Position numbers and translations under genes: made by a program. The notes beneath the pieces were generated by a model. It ran no database searches. It was not told the DNA's origin and saw nothing but the letters and a program-made list of their open reading frames with translations. DNA of 64,000 bases, taken from IMG/VR virus record IMGVR_UViG_3300019458_000020, positions 1 through 64,000 of that record; one strand, written 5' to 3'. Shown one piece after another: positions 28,192 through 37,735 of this stretch. The number at the start of each line of letters is the position of its first letter. Positions within the stretch are counted from its first letter, which is position 1.

Positions 28192-29264
28192 TCTCTGACA
28201 TAACCATCTAACTTCATGAAGCAATCATTTGCCCATGTTTGATAGTTTGGAATATTATTCCACAACTTGTCTTCGGTTATTAACTTTGAAAACTCGAATC
28301 GATTCAACTTTGTGATGGGTTGGTCTAATGTATCCTTGACATGTAATTGAGCAAAAGTTTGTAATTGAGTATCATGCAATTGCATCAACTCATAGTTTCT
28401 ACTAAGAATAGATTCGGCGGTCTTGATATTTTCATATATCTTCCAGTCATGTTCAGGATTTTGACACAATTGTAACAAGTCTTGTGTGGTAAGTTTCTTT
28501 TCATCCTTCAACTGAGGAAACGCTTTCAACAACGTTTTTAGACCACACCCTCTGACGCCAGGAATATTATCTGACACATCTCCATCCAAGGCTCTATATA
28601 AGGCGAAATTAATCGGATGAATACCGTATTCATTTACTACTTCGGCCGGGCCGTAAAGCTTCTTCTTTGTTGGACTCCACACCGTAACACGTTCGTTGAT
28701 TAATTGTAAAAAGTCTTTGTCTGAGGACATAATACAAACATCCCAATCTTTGAAATGTTCCACCGAACAATATGCAATTGTATCGTCGGCTTCTACATTA
28801 TCAAGGGATAAAATATTTACAGGCAAAATTTGCAAATAGGAAACGGTTCTTTGAAGTTGTTTCTTTAGATTCTTTTCTTCTTCGTTCAATCCTTCTTCGG
28901 TATTTTCATACGCCCGATTTAAACGAATTTTTGTTTTTCTTTTATCTTTGTATTCAGGATAAATTTTACGTCTTTTAAGTGATCCACCGGGACCGTCAAA
29001 GATGATAACACATCGGTCCGGTTGTGTTAATTTTAATGCATAACCTACACTTTTTAAAAATCCGGATATTCCTCCTGTGTGGACACCATCTTCATTCATA
29101 GCAGGAATTGCAGCAAAACACCGTAAGAAAGTATTGTATCCATCTACAAGTAGTACCTTCTTACGAATAGAGTTAGTTAAACCATTTGATTGTGCTTGAG
29201 TTTTGGAATCCTTAATGTTTTCCCAGATGGAAAATAGCTTACCCTTTTGTGTCCCATCCATCAT
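28188..29264 (-). CDS. 5'-3' exonuclease / flap endonuclease (T4 RNase H, PolI N-terminal-like)
   Basis: LLVDGYN, IFDG, YK.KR, EADD, SSDKDFLQL, GDVSDNIPGVRGCGLKT. Confidence 0.92.
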   Translation of the reverse strand: MMDGTQKGKLFSIWENIKDSKTQAQSNGLTNSIRKKVLLVDGYNTFLRCFAAIPAMNEDGVHTGGISGFLKSVGYALKLTQPDRCVIIFDGPGGSLKRRKIYPEYKDKRKTKIRLNRAYENTEEGLNEEEKNLKKQLQRTVSYLQILPVNILSLDNVEADDTIAYCSVEHFKDWDVCIMSSDKDFLQLINERVTVWSPTKKKLYGPAEVVNEYGIHPINFALYRALDGDVSDNIPGVRGCGLKTLLKAFPQLKDEKKLTTQDLLQLCQNPEHDWKIYENIKTAESILSRNYELMQLHDTQLQTFAQLHVKDTLDQPITKLNRFEFSKLITEDKLWNNIPNYQTWANDCFMKLDGYVRE

Positions 29265-29267
29265 AAC

Positions 29268-30437
29268 TTATTCGTCAGATACTTCCTTTCCTGCAATTTC
29301 TGAATCCTCGTCGTTGGTTACAGTAATGTCTTCGTCGATTTTACTGTTTGGGTCCCTGTATTTCATTATATAGGAATTACAGATTACTCCGTAAACCTTC
29401 TGTTTGAAGTCAGCGTCTGTGTTAACCTTTTCAACGAATTCTCTGGTAGTAAGTCTGAATGACTCTTCTCCTATATCAATGGTATATGCGCCACTTGCGG
29501 CCTTTGCATGTCCATTTTCCTTCAACCAATCAAGCCAGCTGGCAAGGTCTTGAATACCAGAATCAAAGAAGATACTGAAATCAGCAGTTCTTTGCGGCGG
29601 TCCCATACGATTCTTTACCACTTGGGCTTTACACTTATTTCCTATAACATCATCGCCCTTCTTGATTTTACCAAGGTTGCTCAAACGAACACGAACCGAA
29701 CAGTGATATGCAAGTGATTTTCCACCACTTACTACATATTTATCACCAAATGCCATGGCAGCCATGTTCATACGAAGTTGGTTTGTAAATACAATCAATA
29801 CTCTCTGTTTTCCAATGAGATTAGTAATCTTTCTCATGGCCTTGGAAATAATGATTGACTTGGATGTATTGTATCCGTCCTTGCCGTGTTCCGATTCCAT
29901 TTCGGTTTCACAACTAGCAGCGGCCACGGAATCAACCACGATGGTTAATATACGGTCGCTATTAGATTTACGGATAGTACCAATAATGTGTTCCATATAA
30001 GCAAAAATCTCTTCAACCGTTGTAAGATTGACGTATGGACACGCACCAAGATTAACGCCGATTGCCTTCCAAAAATCAGGAGCAGCGGCGGTTTCGGTAT
30101 CAATCATTACACCAATGCCGCCTTTCTTTTGGGTGTTAGCGATAATGTGAGCAGCAATAAGGGATTTTCCTGACCCCTCCAAACCATTTAATTCAACCAT
30201 TCTTCCAACCGGCAAGCCGCCGTCGGCACGATTAGAAATAGCTAAATCAAGTAATGTGGAACCAGTAGATATCCAATCGGTAATAACCGATGGGTCTTCT
30301 TGGTCGTCTAAGAAGAAGGCGACCTTACCACCTTCTTTGTTTAATTTATTCAACGAATCAACTAACAAATCGGCTAATTCATCACGTCCGACTTTATCAG
30401 TAGTGGACACGACTGATCCTTTTTCTCTTTTCTTCAT
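29268..30437 (-). CDS. recA: RecA/UvsX recombinase
   Basis: ISTGS..LD.A, GGLPVGRMVE, GLEGSGKS, IDTE, VVDSVAA, FTNQLR, GGKSL....SVR, KNRMGPP. Confidence 0.93.
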   Translation of the reverse strand: MKKREKGSVVSTTDKVGRDELADLLVDSLNKLNKEGGKVAFFLDDQEDPSVITDWISTGSTLLDLAISNRADGGLPVGRMVELNGLEGSGKSLIAAHIIANTQKKGGIGVMIDTETAAAPDFWKAIGVNLGACPYVNLTTVEEIFAYMEHIIGTIRKSNSDRILTIVVDSVAAASCETEMESEHGKDGYNTSKSIIISKAMRKITNLIGKQRVLIVFTNQLRMNMAAMAFGDKYVVSGGKSLAYHCSVRVRLSNLGKIKKGDDVIGNKCKAQVVKNRMGPPQRTADFSIFFDSGIQDLASWLDWLKENGHAKAASGAYTIDIGEESFRLTTREFVEKVNTDADFKQKVYGVICNSYIMKYRDPNSKIDEDITVTNDEDSEIAGKEVSDE

Positions 30438-30458
30438 AATGATATCTTTCTAATAATT

Positions 30459-30493
30459 CTGAAAGGGAAGTCTTTTCAGACTCCCCGTTTCAG
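30459..30493 (-). terminator. Stem-loop between the SSB and recA genes (terminator or processing site)
   Basis: CTGAAACGGGGAGTCT-GAAA-AGACTTCCCTTTCAG, a GNRA-capped hairpin with a weak U tract. Confidence 0.55.
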
Positions 30494-30504
30494 TTTATTT
30501 ATGA

Positions 30505-31434
30505 TTAACTGTTGAATAACTTGTCAAACGCTGAATTAAACTCAGTAACACTGGCTTTTGCGGCCGCTACAGCGGTAGGCGACTTTGGAGTGGTTACAGG
30601 AGACTTTGTTTGGCTGGGAGTGGAAACCGTTGGTGCGGGTTCTTCCACTTGAGCTTCTACAGACGTTGATTCGATTTCTGGTGTAGCCTCGACAGCCGTT
30701 TCATCGGTTGAGTCCGTTGTTTCGGTTTCAGTAGAACCATCAGTTCCGTCTTCACGCTTCTTTAGATACTCTTCGAGATTGTTTTTCAAATCGTCGTAGG
30801 TAGCTACTTCATAGACTTCAAGAAGGTTTGGTTGTTTCTTGAGAATGTTTTCAACAAGTGATTTTGCGTTAGGCAACTTCGTATCAATGACCGGACAAGG
30901 ACGAGGCTTTGGGAGAATTGAAGTGTCAGGATATTGTTTTCCTGCAACCGACTTACATTCTACAACCATATCAAATCCATTTGAAACGTCTGTGATATCA
31001 CCGTAATCTGGTTCCGACATAAATCCAAGCAATTGCTTGTAAACCGTCTGTCCAAAACCCCAGAAACGAACACCCTTATCTTCTTCTCCACGAACGATTA
31101 CGGGAACATAGGTTCGAAGTTTAGGTTCAAGGTTTCTTCCCAATCTCCATTGGTCTTTATCTCCACTCTTCTTTAAGTGGTCGGATAATTCTACAACCGG
31201 GTCAGGTTGATTAAACGTAGCTGGACTCAAAAACGTCTTGTTGTTTAGTCCGTAATGGAACTTTAATTCCACGAAAGGATTTTCTGGTTGGTGTTGGTAA
31301 GGAACAATACGTACAACATACTTTCCTTTATCCTTTTCAGGCTTCCAGATAAATTGTTTGGTTTTGGAGGATTTCTCGTTTTTCTTGTCCAGTTGTTGGA
31401 GACGAGCTTTAATTGCGGCTAAGTCAATAGGCAT
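30505..31434 (-). CDS. Single-stranded DNA-binding protein (T4 gp32-like)
   Basis: WKP, VRIVP, PF.E..FHY, DPV.E, Y.PVIVRGEE, WGFG..VY..L, YGDITD..G.D; low-complexity tail ending AFDKLF. Confidence 0.85.
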   Translation of the reverse strand: MPIDLAAIKARLQQLDKKNEKSSKTKQFIWKPEKDKGKYVVRIVPYQHQPENPFVELKFHYGLNNKTFLSPATFNQPDPVVELSDHLKKSGDKDQWRLGRNLEPKLRTYVPVIVRGEEDKGVRFWGFGQTVYKQLLGFMSEPDYGDITDVSNGFDMVVECKSVAGKQYPDTSILPKPRPCPVIDTKLPNAKSLVENILKKQPNLLEVYEVATYDDLKNNLEEYLKKREDGTDGSTETETTDSTDETAVEATPEIESTSVEAQVEEPAPTVSTPSQTKSPVTTPKSPTAVAAAKASVTEFNSAFDKLFNS

Positions 31435-31492
31435 AATTTTTTAATTGTTTAAATGTTTAATTAGTAATTCAATCGTTAACTCAATAAGTTAA
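31435..31492 (-). promoter_or_regulatory. A/U-rich SSB leader, candidate translational operator
   Basis: Hairpin UUAACU-UAUUG-AGUUAA, then AAUUAAAC AUUUAAAC AAUUAAAA AAUU AUG. Confidence 0.45.
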
Positions 31493-31540
31493 TTCTTGGT
31501 TACTAATACATATAAACCTTACCGCCTAAAGATTCAATTC

Positions 31541-31945
31541 TCAACTTATAATATCAAAAATTTTTATCGGAATAATTTTAACGGAAATTTCGTTTGTTAT
31601 AATCAGAGAATTTTGATACAACGACCAATTCACGGAAAACTTTTTATCAAACACACCATTATTTTCGTCTTCAATCAATCGATTCATTGCGTTCAATGTG
31701 TAAAGAGTGTTCGTTAATTTTTTTCTATGAATAGAAATTGTGTCGTGTAATTTATTTTTAGATTGATTTTCTTGGATGCCTATCACGTTGTAGGTAATGA
31801 ATATCTCTTTTGGAGAAATAGTATTCAAGAACACAAAAAATTTTCCATCATCGGATATTCTATAAAACCGTTTTATTTCTTCAATGGTTTTTTCGAATGT
31901 AGTGTCTGTGGAAAACGTACATAATAACTGTCGTTTTTCATTCAT
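31541..31945 (-). CDS. Conserved hypothetical phage protein
   Basis: QLLCTF, ITYNV, IHRKK.TNTLYTLNAMN. Confidence 0.7.
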   Translation of the reverse strand: MNEKRQLLCTFSTDTTFEKTIEEIKRFYRISDDGKFFVFLNTISPKEIFITYNVIGIQENQSKNKLHDTISIHRKKLTNTLYTLNAMNRLIEDENNGVFDKKFSVNWSLYQNSLIITNEISVKIIPIKIFDIIS

Positions 31946-31949
31946 AGAA

Positions 31950-32636
31950 TTAACTCTTTGGATGATTTTTTAATGCATCCAAGATATATTGTGGGCCATT
32001 ATTTTCAATCCACGTTGATACCTCTTGTAACAATGAATCATCGGATTGTAAAATCTTTTTTATTACCGTCGAGTCCGCTTTTTTCTCTGCCGAACTTTTT
32101 GGTTCGGGTGGAGGGAGTTTAGTTGGTTCTGGTTCAGGTTCTGCGGCCGGTGCATCAACCGATACAACATTAGTAGGAGCAGGTGCTTCTGGAGTTGCAG
32201 GCACTTCTGCTGGTTTTTCTGAAGCCACAGAAGAAATAGGTAACGATGTTGTTGGTGGTTTTTGTTCTGCACCGGGAGAATCTTTTGGAGGTTCTTCTTT
32301 TGTTGGTGTTCCGCCCTCTGGTGGTTGTCCGAATAAATTAGTTTGCGGTGCCGGCTTCTTTTCAAAATGAGTTCCACGCTGAATGGCACGTTGTTTATAT
32401 TCTGGTGTAGGAAAGGTTACTAAAAGACCGTCTTTGTTGTATGCTTGACGTTCTGGATATTTTCCCTCAAGAACCTTATTGGAAAACTCTACAACTTCTT
32501 TGGTAGGTATTCCTTTTTTGGTTAAATAATCACGTAATGCCTCCATGTGTTCATTACAAGAAATTTCAAAAACACCATCTTTAACACGGGGGTCAACACT
32601 TACTTGGTTAAGAATCTTTTCTATAATCGTTGTCAT
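31950..32636 (-). CDS. Hypothetical protein with Pro/Glu-rich linker (possibly virion-associated)
   Basis: 228 aa; late motif upstream; VLE and LQE candidate cleavage sites. Confidence 0.7.
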   Translation of the reverse strand: MTTIIEKILNQVSVDPRVKDGVFEISCNEHMEALRDYLTKKGIPTKEVVEFSNKVLEGKYPERQAYNKDGLLVTFPTPEYKQRAIQRGTHFEKKPAPQTNLFGQPPEGGTPTKEEPPKDSPGAEQKPPTTSLPISSVASEKPAEVPATPEAPAPTNVVSVDAPAAEPEPEPTKLPPPEPKSSAEKKADSTVIKKILQSDDSLLQEVSTWIENNGPQYILDALKNHPKS

Positions 32637-32652
32637 AACTTGTCGCTATGAC

Positions 32653-32660
32653 TATAAATA
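32653..32660 (-). promoter_or_regulatory. TATTTATA putative late promoter
   Basis: 16 nt upstream of ATG 32636. Confidence 0.6.
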
Positions 32661-32681
32661 TTCAAATAAATTCGAAAACCC

Positions 32682-34028
32682 TTATAATTGTATCTGTTTT
32701 ACTTCGTTGTAAGAATCTCCGACATATATCTTTAATGGGAATCTATCTCCCATTTTCATAATTGATATAATGTCATTAAGTGTGTTGGCTCCATCGTCCT
32801 TACAAAAATCAAATAATATAGAATCATACGTATATAATACCGTTTTTGTTTGCTTATCTCTCAAATACTGATTGATTTGTTTTAACGATGTCATCGCAAT
32901 TTCAGTTTCCGTCGCTTGAAGAATATAATTAAACAACTTACTCGGATTTGGGTCGAGAACGTGTTGATTCGTAATTCTCCGTTTAAAAATTGGTGTCAAT
33001 ACAAATCCATTCGATAAGAAAAATTCCCAATTAGTTTTTATAAAATTATCTAAGTTTTTCAAATATTTTATGGTTCTATATTCATCTTCTACTCCACCAT
33101 AAAGTTGTCTAAAAGTTAATGTTTTTGATTCATCCATTTCATATTCAGATAATTCTTTTTTCTTAAAATACAACTCTCCCAAATATCGATAGATATCTAC
33201 ATCGATGGATAAATTGAATTTTGTTAAGTGACAAATAATTCGAGGATGGAATGCGGAATAGTCAATTAACACCATTTTTCCATCTTTTCCAAATCTTGAT
33301 TTAAAACACGACCTTACACCATTTTCTTTATTCAGAGCAGCATAGTTAACATTTTGAAATCTGTTGCTAGGTCTTCCTGTAGAAGTGTAGATGTTGTATT
33401 GACTATAAACCATATCTCCTTTATACACGTCTGCATTTTCATGAAATTTGTTAAAACATGTTTTGTTTACATAGATTCCATTTTCTTCTAATTCTGATAA
33501 CGTTTCGATAATGATTTCATTCTCTTTATCATAACCATCATCCTTTTTACAGTTTGGAATCGATTCAAAAAACACTGTACACATTTTATCAAATAATTCC
33601 TTATGTTTCAAAATTGGTATTGATTGATTTGCATCTTTCTTTGTTAAAGATTTTATCAATTTATGTGCAGCAGTTTCGTATTGAGATTCTTCGACCATTT
33701 TATTTTCCGACAAAAATATTAATAAATTTATATCATTTATAGATGGAAGTCTTATTTGTTGTATCGTTGACTTTTTATCAAATGCCCATCTTGATTTAGT
33801 GACTCGATTCAAATCAAAAATCAGTTTGTCTTTGTCTGTAAGTATTTTTCCATCGGGATGAGAAATAGATACGTTATAAGTTTTTTTGGTCGAGACATCT
33901 TTTACTAATACAACTGATGTGGGAGATTGTGTCGGATGGACATGAGGATTTCTCGGAATGGCTTGAATGATTACACCATGACCTTCAATCTCCGATAAAA
34001 ATCGATTATACTCTTCCACCGAATTCAT
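32682..34028 (-). CDS. Family A DNA polymerase, minimal/divergent
   Basis: TSTGRPS, motif A LIDYSAFHPRI, motif B K...F...YG, NYILQATE, motif C YTYDSILFD. Start corrected to ATG 34028 because the track's TTG start is the -35 box. Confidence 0.85.
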   Translation of the reverse strand: MNSVEEYNRFLSEIEGHGVIIQAIPRNPHVHPTQSPTSVVLVKDVSTKKTYNVSISHPDGKILTDKDKLIFDLNRVTKSRWAFDKKSTIQQIRLPSINDINLLIFLSENKMVEESQYETAAHKLIKSLTKKDANQSIPILKHKELFDKMCTVFFESIPNCKKDDGYDKENEIIIETLSELEENGIYVNKTCFNKFHENADVYKGDMVYSQYNIYTSTGRPSNRFQNVNYAALNKENGVRSCFKSRFGKDGKMVLIDYSAFHPRIICHLTKFNLSIDVDIYRYLGELYFKKKELSEYEMDESKTLTFRQLYGGVEDEYRTIKYLKNLDNFIKTNWEFFLSNGFVLTPIFKRRITNQHVLDPNPSKLFNYILQATETEIAMTSLKQINQYLRDKQTKTVLYTYDSILFDFCKDDGANTLNDIISIMKMGDRFPLKIYVGDSYNEVKQIQL

Positions 34029-34035
34029 TATCAGT

Positions 34036-34064
34036 ACACTACTTAAAGGGTGAGGTAGTGTCAA
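34036..34064 (-). promoter_or_regulatory. Sigma70-type promoter, probably giving a leaderless transcript
   Basis: TTGACA-17 nt-TAGTGT, then 7 nt to ATG 34028. Confidence 0.7.
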
Positions 34065-34076
34065 TTTTTATTATAC

Positions 34077-36683
34077 TTACAAGAGTCTGGTCTTTATGTA
34101 TTTGGTCAACGGAAGAAGCCCGGCTTGAATGGTCGTTTTCCATTCTCCACTCTGTAATCCATGAGTTACATTTACAACTCGAAAGATAATATTTTCTTCA
34201 CTGTATGGTTGTGGTAGGTTTCTAACTAAAAAGTATTGAAATGTTCTTATTCCGCCAATTCCCGAAATAGTCAGTTCTAAAGTTATGCCGGGTTGTATTC
34301 CGCAGTATCGTTGATTCTTTTCTTCATTACCATCATCAAATGTTGACCGAAGAAGTTTTTGTTGACCTGATGGAAGAACGAGTTTTATAATTTCTCCATT
34401 ATCGAGAGTCATTTGTAGGGTGTCAATACTGTTGTCATTGATAGTGTGTAGTCCCTTTATTATATCTCTCATTTGTTCTTTGGCATATTTTTCTTGTTCT
34501 GCATCTGTTCCAGCGCCGTTTCTTGGTTTTAGGTCTTGTGCAAACACCAAATCTTTGAATTGATAGTTTAGTAAATCCTCTTTATCAGTCAATGAAGCCT
34601 TGGAGCCTGAATTATTAGAACCACCGTATATCGCTCTCGTGGCTTGGGCATCGGATAATTGTGGTCTAAATTTCAAAGACTCAATAAAGCTGTCGGCATC
34701 ATAATAATCAAACGTATAAACCTTGTTCTCAATAGTCTTATTATTTAAGTTAATATAATTCTTATCTACAATGGTCATCTGACCTTCGGCTTCTATCAAG
34801 GATAAATCCCAAAATCCATCAACCGACTTCATCAACAAATCAAGTATTTTTGTATAAATGTCTTGATAGGTTTTTACCGATTCATCATCTATTATATTTT
34901 TAAACGATTGAAAACTTATATAAACGTTTGTTAGCAGTCCGGAATAATCCTTTTCCACAATTTGATTATTATACAAACGTCTTTCCGTTTTTGCTGGAAA
35001 ACTAAATGACCTATTTCTGTCTTCTTCATTAGCTGATGTTCCACCCAAAATGTATCTATTTACATTTATTACGTCATCCAAATTTATTCGGAAACATTTA
35101 TTTTCAGGTGTTTGATAATAAACTTGTCGAATTTTTTCGTCGGCCGGAGATAAGTTAGTTATAGCTTTTCTTTTTGCTAATTGATACTGTTTGTAATATT
35201 CGTTATTTTGTTGTGGATTTTTGATTGCATCATTACCACTGTATTTTGTTAACCCCTGTGTTCCCATGTGGTATTTTGGTGCCTGATAGTTAGGAATCAA
35301 AACATTTGGGTCACAGGAAATCATGTTTGGATGACCACCTATAATTGATGTGGTTATATCCACTTTAAATGGAGGGATGTCTCCTGTTCCAGGAAGATAG
35401 GAAAAATAGTTCAATATATCAACTATCAATCCCATGTTTATCCATAACTTACTTAGGTCTTTTGTTTCTGTGGCGTCAAAATCATATTTCTGTGGGTCGC
35501 CTAAACTTTGTGCTTGTGGAGTCAAGAAATTTGCATACTCACCCTTTTCCCTACCAGTGAATATCCCTCGAATATAAGACATCTTAGCATCCTTTAAGAA
35601 ATTAACCTTCTCTCTTAATCTTTCTTTCTTTTGGGTGTCAGTTTCGCCTGGTAAATTTGAAAACTGTGATAAATCTCCCTTTTCCAAAGCAAATAAATCA
35701 GCCAATATAGAAGCAAATGGTCTTTTTGATGTTCCTGAATAATTAGCAAAGAAATTCGTTATAGAATTTCGGTCGTTAATATTAATATTCTTTAACAGTT
35801 TGAAATTAGTGAACATACTTGATTGTTTCTCTTCAAGGTTCACAAATGTCTTTATTCCTTGTAATATTCCTGGTCCCTCTTTATCTCCCGGTGTTGTGGA
35901 ATTGATTATTAATGCACTATTCTTTGTGAGGCCGGAATAGAGTTTGTCTTTGGATGTTATTTCCGTGGAACAGATAATCTTACTTCCTTCGACCGTCCAA
36001 TTAAAATTAGTAACAATTCCATATACAACTTCATAATTACCTTTTGATAAGATAGAACTATTATATAGGTCTGTTGTATCCTGAAATAATCGTTTCATGT
36101 TGGAAAGATCTTTTATATCCACCAATGAAATTGGATTAAAATGATTCCATCCAAACTCTAATAGAATTGTTATTCCAGGCACCAAAAAATATGGAGTAAG
36201 ATACTCTAGTTGTTTAGGGGAAAAACAAACCCACTCCACTGTTGCACGTCTGAATAGTTCTTTTTGAACAGTTACGTCTATTTTGGAAATTTCGGGGGTT
36301 CCGGTGTGAATAGGGTAATCACTGTTTCTAATATCTTGGTCTAGGGTATGTGGAGAACCGTCTGGTTGATACCCTATTATTTGTCTGTATTTACTATTTC
36401 CTCCATTTGGAATAAAGCCGTACGTTTGGTCATATCCTTTTCCACCAAACAATACAAAACGAGGTTTGTTCTTACTTAAAGACCCTTCACTATTTGAACA
36501 CATTCTGGCCCAAGAAACCATTGGCCCTTTATATTTTGACCAGTCTCCGGTTGCTAAATCCCATCCGCCTGCAGTATCATTTTTTACATAATTCAGTCCC
36601 CTACTCAATTTTCGTCGATTGAGTTCTTGTTGGATTTCAGTTGGTAAATTATGAGGAATCCAAGGAATGAATGGTATAGGCAT
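34077..36683 (-). CDS. Putative baseplate hub protein (gp27/gpD-like)
   Basis: Tail module position; C-terminal LTISGIGG...FRV..V.H.L..GEW.T.I signature. Confidence 0.6.
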   Translation of the reverse strand: MPIPFIPWIPHNLPTEIQQELNRRKLSRGLNYVKNDTAGGWDLATGDWSKYKGPMVSWARMCSNSEGSLSKNKPRFVLFGGKGYDQTYGFIPNGGNSKYRQIIGYQPDGSPHTLDQDIRNSDYPIHTGTPEISKIDVTVQKELFRRATVEWVCFSPKQLEYLTPYFLVPGITILLEFGWNHFNPISLVDIKDLSNMKRLFQDTTDLYNSSILSKGNYEVVYGIVTNFNWTVEGSKIICSTEITSKDKLYSGLTKNSALIINSTTPGDKEGPGILQGIKTFVNLEEKQSSMFTNFKLLKNININDRNSITNFFANYSGTSKRPFASILADLFALEKGDLSQFSNLPGETDTQKKERLREKVNFLKDAKMSYIRGIFTGREKGEYANFLTPQAQSLGDPQKYDFDATETKDLSKLWINMGLIVDILNYFSYLPGTGDIPPFKVDITTSIIGGHPNMISCDPNVLIPNYQAPKYHMGTQGLTKYSGNDAIKNPQQNNEYYKQYQLAKRKAITNLSPADEKIRQVYYQTPENKCFRINLDDVINVNRYILGGTSANEEDRNRSFSFPAKTERRLYNNQIVEKDYSGLLTNVYISFQSFKNIIDDESVKTYQDIYTKILDLLMKSVDGFWDLSLIEAEGQMTIVDKNYINLNNKTIENKVYTFDYYDADSFIESLKFRPQLSDAQATRAIYGGSNNSGSKASLTDKEDLLNYQFKDLVFAQDLKPRNGAGTDAEQEKYAKEQMRDIIKGLHTINDNSIDTLQMTLDNGEIIKLVLPSGQQKLLRSTFDDGNEEKNQRYCGIQPGITLELTISGIGGIRTFQYFLVRNLPQPYSEENIIFRVVNVTHGLQSGEWKTTIQAGLLPLTKYIKTRLL

Positions 36684-36684
36684 A

Positions 36685-37437
36685 TTACACCCACTCCTTT
36701 CCAGAAATGACTTCTACAAATTTACCGAATTTTTCTTTGTATCTTATAAACATCATAGGCTTAATTTTTTCAATAATTCTTTGTTGTCTCACTTCGTCTC
36801 GTTTTTTAATCGACAAGACTTCGTGTTTTGGTTCGTCATACTCAAATATAATGTTTCTTTCTTTATCATAACCATCTACAAAATATCCATATATTTCTAT
36901 TTCTCCACCGTTCATTGCGTGTTGAAGATTCCATCCTTTTTCTTTATTTATATTATCTATGAATCCACAAGCAATTGGATTATAATTTTTTTGTGATGGT
37001 AATAATCTTTTATTTTGTAAATCTTTAATTGTGGCAAGTCTGAGTTTATATTTTGTTTCTTCTGTGTGATGTTTTCCCCTCATAAATGATACTTTTCCAA
37101 ACATCGGATTGTTTTTTCCCATTTTTTGTAATGATAATTTTCTTTTTACTTCATCATTTCTTTTCGTTCCTTTTTTTGCACAAGAATTACACCTTACATC
37201 TCTATATTTCATGGCACTATTCCTCGATACGTATGTCATTATATCGTTACAAGAAGGACATCTTTTACACCAATTTTCATTTAAAAAGAAAATGAAATCC
37301 ACCATTTTTCTTTGTTTTTTACCTCTACATTTATAACATAAAGAATTCTCGATAATAGCTTTATTTAAAGATAATTTACAAGAATAAATTTGTTCTTTAT
37401 CACACACAGGACATAACTTTTTATATATTAAATTCAT
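36685..37437 (-). CDS. Free-standing homing endonuclease (Zn ribbons + NUMOD3 + PD-(D/E)xK)
   Basis: CxxC pairs; GKNNPMFGK and GKHHTEETK NUMOD3 motifs; YFVDGYD....IFEYDE. Confidence 0.8.
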   Translation of the reverse strand: MNLIYKKLCPVCDKEQIYSCKLSLNKAIIENSLCYKCRGKKQRKMVDFIFFLNENWCKRCPSCNDIMTYVSRNSAMKYRDVRCNSCAKKGTKRNDEVKRKLSLQKMGKNNPMFGKVSFMRGKHHTEETKYKLRLATIKDLQNKRLLPSQKNYNPIACGFIDNINKEKGWNLQHAMNGGEIEIYGYFVDGYDKERNIIFEYDEPKHEVLSIKKRDEVRQQRIIEKIKPMMFIRYKEKFGKFVEVISGKEWV

Positions 37438-37733
37438 GATTTATTTAAATTATGAAATTCTGTTATTATAGATGAAATATTAGTAGGCACACGAAGTTGA
37501 AGACCCGGCTCGATACTCATTCTTCCTTTTCCGATGTTGTTAGCTAAAGCAATTACCCACCACAAAGTAGGGTCATTATAAAATTTAAAAGCCAATGTAT
37601 CAAGATAATCTGCTTCTCCCGATATCAATATAATATCCGACTCTTGTGGAGTTATGACAGGGTATTCTGTGGTTTTATATACCCTTTTCCCATCAAATCG
37701 TTTTTCTACTTGAGTTGATTCGTAACGTTTCAT
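37434..37733 (-). CDS. Baseplate wedge LysM-like protein (gp53/tail X-like)
   Basis: D.LDTLAFKFYNDPTLWWVIALAN, PGLQLRVP. Confidence 0.8.
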   Translation of the reverse strand: MKRYESTQVEKRFDGKRVYKTTEYPVITPQESDIILISGEADYLDTLAFKFYNDPTLWWVIALANNIGKGRMSIEPGLQLRVPTNISSIITEFHNLNKS

Positions 37734-37735
37734 GA

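Noticed and set aside
34029-34064. TTG start and N-terminal extension of the polymerase given in the ORF track
   Set aside because: The TTG is the first half of a TTGACA -35 box; ATG 34028 fits the promoter.
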